A stretch of 26,663 nucleotides of DNA, from positions 1-26,663 of IMG/VR virus record IMGVR_UViG_3300037423_001658; one strand, given 5' to 3'. Made by a program: the position numbers and the translations under genes. This DNA comes from a virus (lineage: Duplodnaviria > Caudoviricetes). How positions within the stretch are numbered: the stretch's first letter is position 1; each line of letters begins with the position of its first letter. Positions 24,073-26,663 of this stretch are shown here, piece after piece. The notes under the pieces are model-generated. The model saw nothing but the letters and a program-made list of their open reading frames with translations. It did no database searches and had not been told where the DNA came from.

Positions 24073-24732
24073 ATGGACATGAGTAAATTCATAATCGCTC
24101 GCTCAGACCAGCTGAACGCCGACGACCTGGCGGGCGGACCTATCACCGTGACGATTGAGCGGGTGACGGGCAACGACAGCGCCGACCAGCCCGTCTCCGT
24201 CCACTACGTCGGCGACCGCGGCAAGCCGTACAAGCCATGCAAGTCGATGCGCCGCGTCATGGTGCACGTGTGGGGCAAGTACACCGAGAAATACGTCGGT
24301 GAGTCGATGACCCTGTACCGCGATCCCGAAATCCAGTTCGGCGGGATGAAGGTCGGCGGCATCCGCATCAGCCACATGAGCGGCATCGACAGCGAGCGCA
24401 GCATGGCGCTGAACGAGAAGCGCGGGAAGAAGGCGCTCTACAAGGTGCTGCCGCTGAAGGATGCGCCGCAGCTGGACAAGCCAGGGTCCATCGTCACGAC
24501 CGAAATGTTCAAGGGCGAGCTCGCGGACGCCGCCGAGAAGGGGACCGCGGCGCTTGAGCGTGCGTGGAAGGCGAGCAGCCGAGCACCGCTTCGAGAGCAC
24601 GTCACGAACGAGGAGCTCGAAGGCTTCAAGCTAAGGGCGCGCAACGTCGACAATCGCAACCGCGATACATTCGACGACAGCGGCCCGGCGACCCAGCAGA
24701 CGGAGGCCGGCGGTGGATACGAAGGCGCCTGA
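24073..24732 (+). CDS. Putative ssDNA-binding/annealing partner of the exonuclease (219 aa)
   Basis: SDQLNADDL.GGP.TVTI, YKPCKSMRRV, LYRDP...FGG..VGGIRISHMS; acidic flexible C-tail. Function inferred from position. Confidence 0.65.
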   Translation: MDMSKFIIARSDQLNADDLAGGPITVTIERVTGNDSADQPVSVHYVGDRGKPYKPCKSMRRVMVHVWGKYTEKYVGESMTLYRDPEIQFGGMKVGGIRISHMSGIDSERSMALNEKRGKKALYKVLPLKDAPQLDKPGSIVTTEMFKGELADAAEKGTAALERAWKASSRAPLREHVTNEELEGFKLRARNVDNRNRDTFDDSGPATQQTEAGGGYEGA

Positions 24733-25090
24733 AACCGTCAACGGCATGGAGGTCATCCCGTTCGACCAGCGGCTCGCCGAGGTCCGGGAGCGCTACCTGA
24801 GCGGCATCAGCGACATTCTGGACGAGGCTCTGAGTTGCTTCGTCCTCCCCGCCGACCGGGTCGCGCTGCTCCACGATGCGGCGTTCTTCTGTTGCTTCAT
24901 GGCCGCGCTCAAATGCGCCGAGGTCAAGACGCCGGCCGGGGAGACGATCGACGGCAAGTCGGGCGTCCGCGAGTGGTGGCCGATCAAGAAGAAGCTGCAC
25001 GACGAAGTCGCTCCAGCGCTCATCGAATGGGGCATCGAAGCGCGCCAGGCACAACTGAAGGGGACGGGGGATGCAGCAGCAGAAGGATAA
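24713..25090 (+). CDS. Hypothetical protein (about 125 aa)
   Basis: Co-oriented in the operon with GGAGG upstream; start may instead be ATG 24746. Confidence 0.65.
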   Translation: MDTKAPETVNGMEVIPFDQRLAEVRERYLSGISDILDEALSCFVLPADRVALLHDAAFFCCFMAALKCAEVKTPAGETIDGKSGVREWWPIKKKLHDEVAPALIEWGIEARQAQLKGTGDAAAEG

Positions 25091-25232
25091 GCTCCACGAC
25101 AGCGAGCATTGGGCTCGCGTCCACATCGAGAGTGACCGGAGCAAGCCGGTCGACATCGCCGACCGCCCGCGCGGACGCGGAGTCGTGTTCAGCCTGTGGC
25201 CCAGCCGCAAGCCGAAGGAGCAGGGCGAGTGA
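25071..25232 (+). CDS. Hypothetical protein (53 aa)
   Basis: Not in the ORF track; G-rich SD; its stop overlaps the GTG of the next gene. Confidence 0.55.
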   Translation: MQQQKDKLHDSEHWARVHIESDRSKPVDIADRPRGRGVVFSLWPSRKPKEQGE

Positions 25233-25612
25233 GCAACCTAGACGGCGGTCGCCTGGACCCGGATCAGGCACAGAAGCTGTGGAACCACATTCGCGCGCTC
25301 GAGACGCTCGAAGAGGCGAAGGCGGACCTGAACCTCGACATCAAAGCCCGCAAGGAGCTGGCGAAGGCGGACGGGTTCGACAACAACATCATGGCCGTGA
25401 TCCTGAAGCGCCGGAAGATCGGCGAGGGTCAGACGCTCGCGGCCGACAACCTGATCCGGCTCTACGAGGAGGCGCTTGAGCAGCAGGGCGCACTGCCGCT
25501 CGAACGCACCCGCGTCCCCGTGAGCCAACGCCGTTCGACGGAGCAGATCGCCGAAGACCTGCACGGTGAACCCCCGCCGGAGAATGTCCGGCCAAGCCAA
25601 GGAGACGAGTAG
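25229..25612 (+). CDS. GapR-like (DUF2312) DNA-binding protein (127 aa)
   Basis: L..HIRALETLEEAKADL..DIK.....AKADGFD......IL..RK...L..LY..AL pattern. Confidence 0.85.
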   Translation: MSNLDGGRLDPDQAQKLWNHIRALETLEEAKADLNLDIKARKELAKADGFDNNIMAVILKRRKIGEGQTLAADNLIRLYEEALEQQGALPLERTRVPVSQRRSTEQIAEDLHGEPPPENVRPSQGDE

Positions 25613-25614
25613 CC

Positions 25615-26058
25615 ATGAAGACCGAAGCACTAGTAGCGGCTGAAGCCCTGAGCGCGAGCGGCGCGGTCGCGCCGCGCGTGTCCGTCGACGACATCGAAGC
25701 CAGCATCAACCACTCGTTCTTTCTCACCGCGGCCGAGGCCGTGAGCAGCATTCCCGGCCGCGAGCCCGGGTTCGTGCCGGAGGAGCTGGGGATCCTGACG
25801 CTGTGCATCCTTGTGCTGCACAACGGCTGGGTCGTCATCGGCAAGAGCGCGCCGGCGAGCCCGGAGAATTTCGACCCGGAGAAGGGGCAGAAATTCGCGT
25901 ATGAGGACGCGGTCCGCCAGCTGTGGCCGTTGATGGGCTTCGCGCTGAAGGAGCGGCTGCAGACGCAGCAGTTGCGCGAGGAGATAGCGCCGTTTGACGG
26001 CGACGGAGACGGCCACATCGGCGGCTCCAAGTCGAAGGAGGAGGCGGAACCCGCCTAG
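25615..26058 (+). CDS. N4 gp49 / Sf6 gp66 family protein (147 aa); candidate nucleotide-signal sponge
   Basis: APRVS..DIEA.I, LTLCILVL.NG..V.G.SA.ASPENFD.E.G...AY..AV..LW.L.GF.L signature. Confidence 0.85.
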   Translation: MKTEALVAAEALSASGAVAPRVSVDDIEASINHSFFLTAAEAVSSIPGREPGFVPEELGILTLCILVLHNGWVVIGKSAPASPENFDPEKGQKFAYEDAVRQLWPLMGFALKERLQTQQLREEIAPFDGDGDGHIGGSKSKEEAEPA

Positions 26059-26126
26059 TCCGGACGGGCGGGGCCGTTACACGCATTCCGGTCCCGCCCA
26101 ACCTCACAGCCAAGGAGAATTCAGCC

Positions 26127-26663
26127 ATGAACGTCCGCCAAGCATGCGAAAGCTGGACCGCGTACCGGGCGCAGTGCTCGAACCTGGGGCTCGTCGCTCC
26201 GTCGACTTACGAGAACCAACGCGCGATCGCCGGCACCATCGCGGCGGCGCTTGGCGACCTGGCGCTCGCTGGCCTTCGCAAGTCCGACGTCGACCTGTGG
26301 GTCGGTGAGCGCCTCCAGACGCACGCTCCCGTGACGGTGCGCGGCGAGCTCAACGTCCTCCGGCAAATCCTCAATTGGTGCGTCGACGAGCAGCTGCTTG
26401 GCGTTCGGCCGCGGCTTCCGACGGTGCAGGTTCCGACGACCGAAGAGGCGCTCCCGTCCGAGGCCGCGTTCGTATGGGCGCTGAAGGCGGTCCCCGACAA
26501 TCACCGCGCCGCGCTCGAGCTGATGATGCTCACCGGACTGTCCCCGCACGAGGCCGAGCGGCTGCAGGTGCGCGACGGCGTTGGCGGCGGACTTGCCATT
26601 GGACAGCGGCCCGACTTCAAGGTGAAGACGCCGAGCCGCCGGCGGTGGATCCCGCTCAACCCG
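26127..26663 (+). CDS. Tyrosine recombinase family protein, truncated by the window end; Box I Arg replaced by Ser
   Basis: Core-binding domain (PVTVRGELNVLRQILNW), Box I LMMLTGLSPHEAERLQVRD, KVKT.SRRRWIPL; ATG 26127 after ACAGCCAAGGAG. Confidence 0.85.
   Translation, partial: MNVRQACESWTAYRAQCSNLGLVAPSTYENQRAIAGTIAAALGDLALAGLRKSDVDLWVGERLQTHAPVTVRGELNVLRQILNWCVDEQLLGVRPRLPTVQVPTTEEALPSEAAFVWALKAVPDNHRAALELMMLTGLSPHEAERLQVRDGVGGGLAIGQRPDFKVKTPSRRRWIPLNP

Noticed and set aside
1-26663. tRNA, rRNA, lysis genes, Q/N antiterminator and att site
   Set aside because: None recognisable by eye; the small two-TM proteins have no adjacent endolysin, so they are not called holins

Overview
GC-rich segment of a temperate tailed phage or prophage, probably of an alphaproteobacterial host (GapR-like and DUF2958 genes). 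It has a lambdoid immunity region and podovirus-like virion genes. The left part (1-12.4 kb, minus strand) holds tail and fibre genes, an adaptor, an N4-gp56-type major capsid protein, scaffold, P22-like portal, terL, several small genes and terS. At 12.4-13.1 kb lie an AT-rich inverted-repeat element (putative origin) and an RHH gene fused to a paralogue of the helicase C-terminal domain. A rightward operon of small accessory genes follows at 13.1-15.4 kb. A leftward replication module (TOPRIM primase-VapE helicase, VRR-NUC nuclease, SF2 helicase, C5-methyltransferase-like gene) ends at cro, with cI divergent. The rightward early operon encodes small Zn-binding proteins, a YqaJ exonuclease, a NUMOD4-HNH endonuclease, a putative SSB/annealing protein, a GapR-like protein, a gp49/66-family protein and a truncated tyrosine recombinase that lacks the first catalytic Arg. 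Non-coding signals read from the sequence are: seven 17-bp GGGTA-N7-TACCC operator-like sites, three of them far outside the immunity region; a repeated ACAGCCAAGGAG start-associated motif, often after a hairpin; a multi-branched structured leader that covers the capsid Shine-Dalgarno; and two pairs of TGTCnGACA palindromes with 21-bp spacing. Family assignments come from motif recognition by eye, not from database searches.
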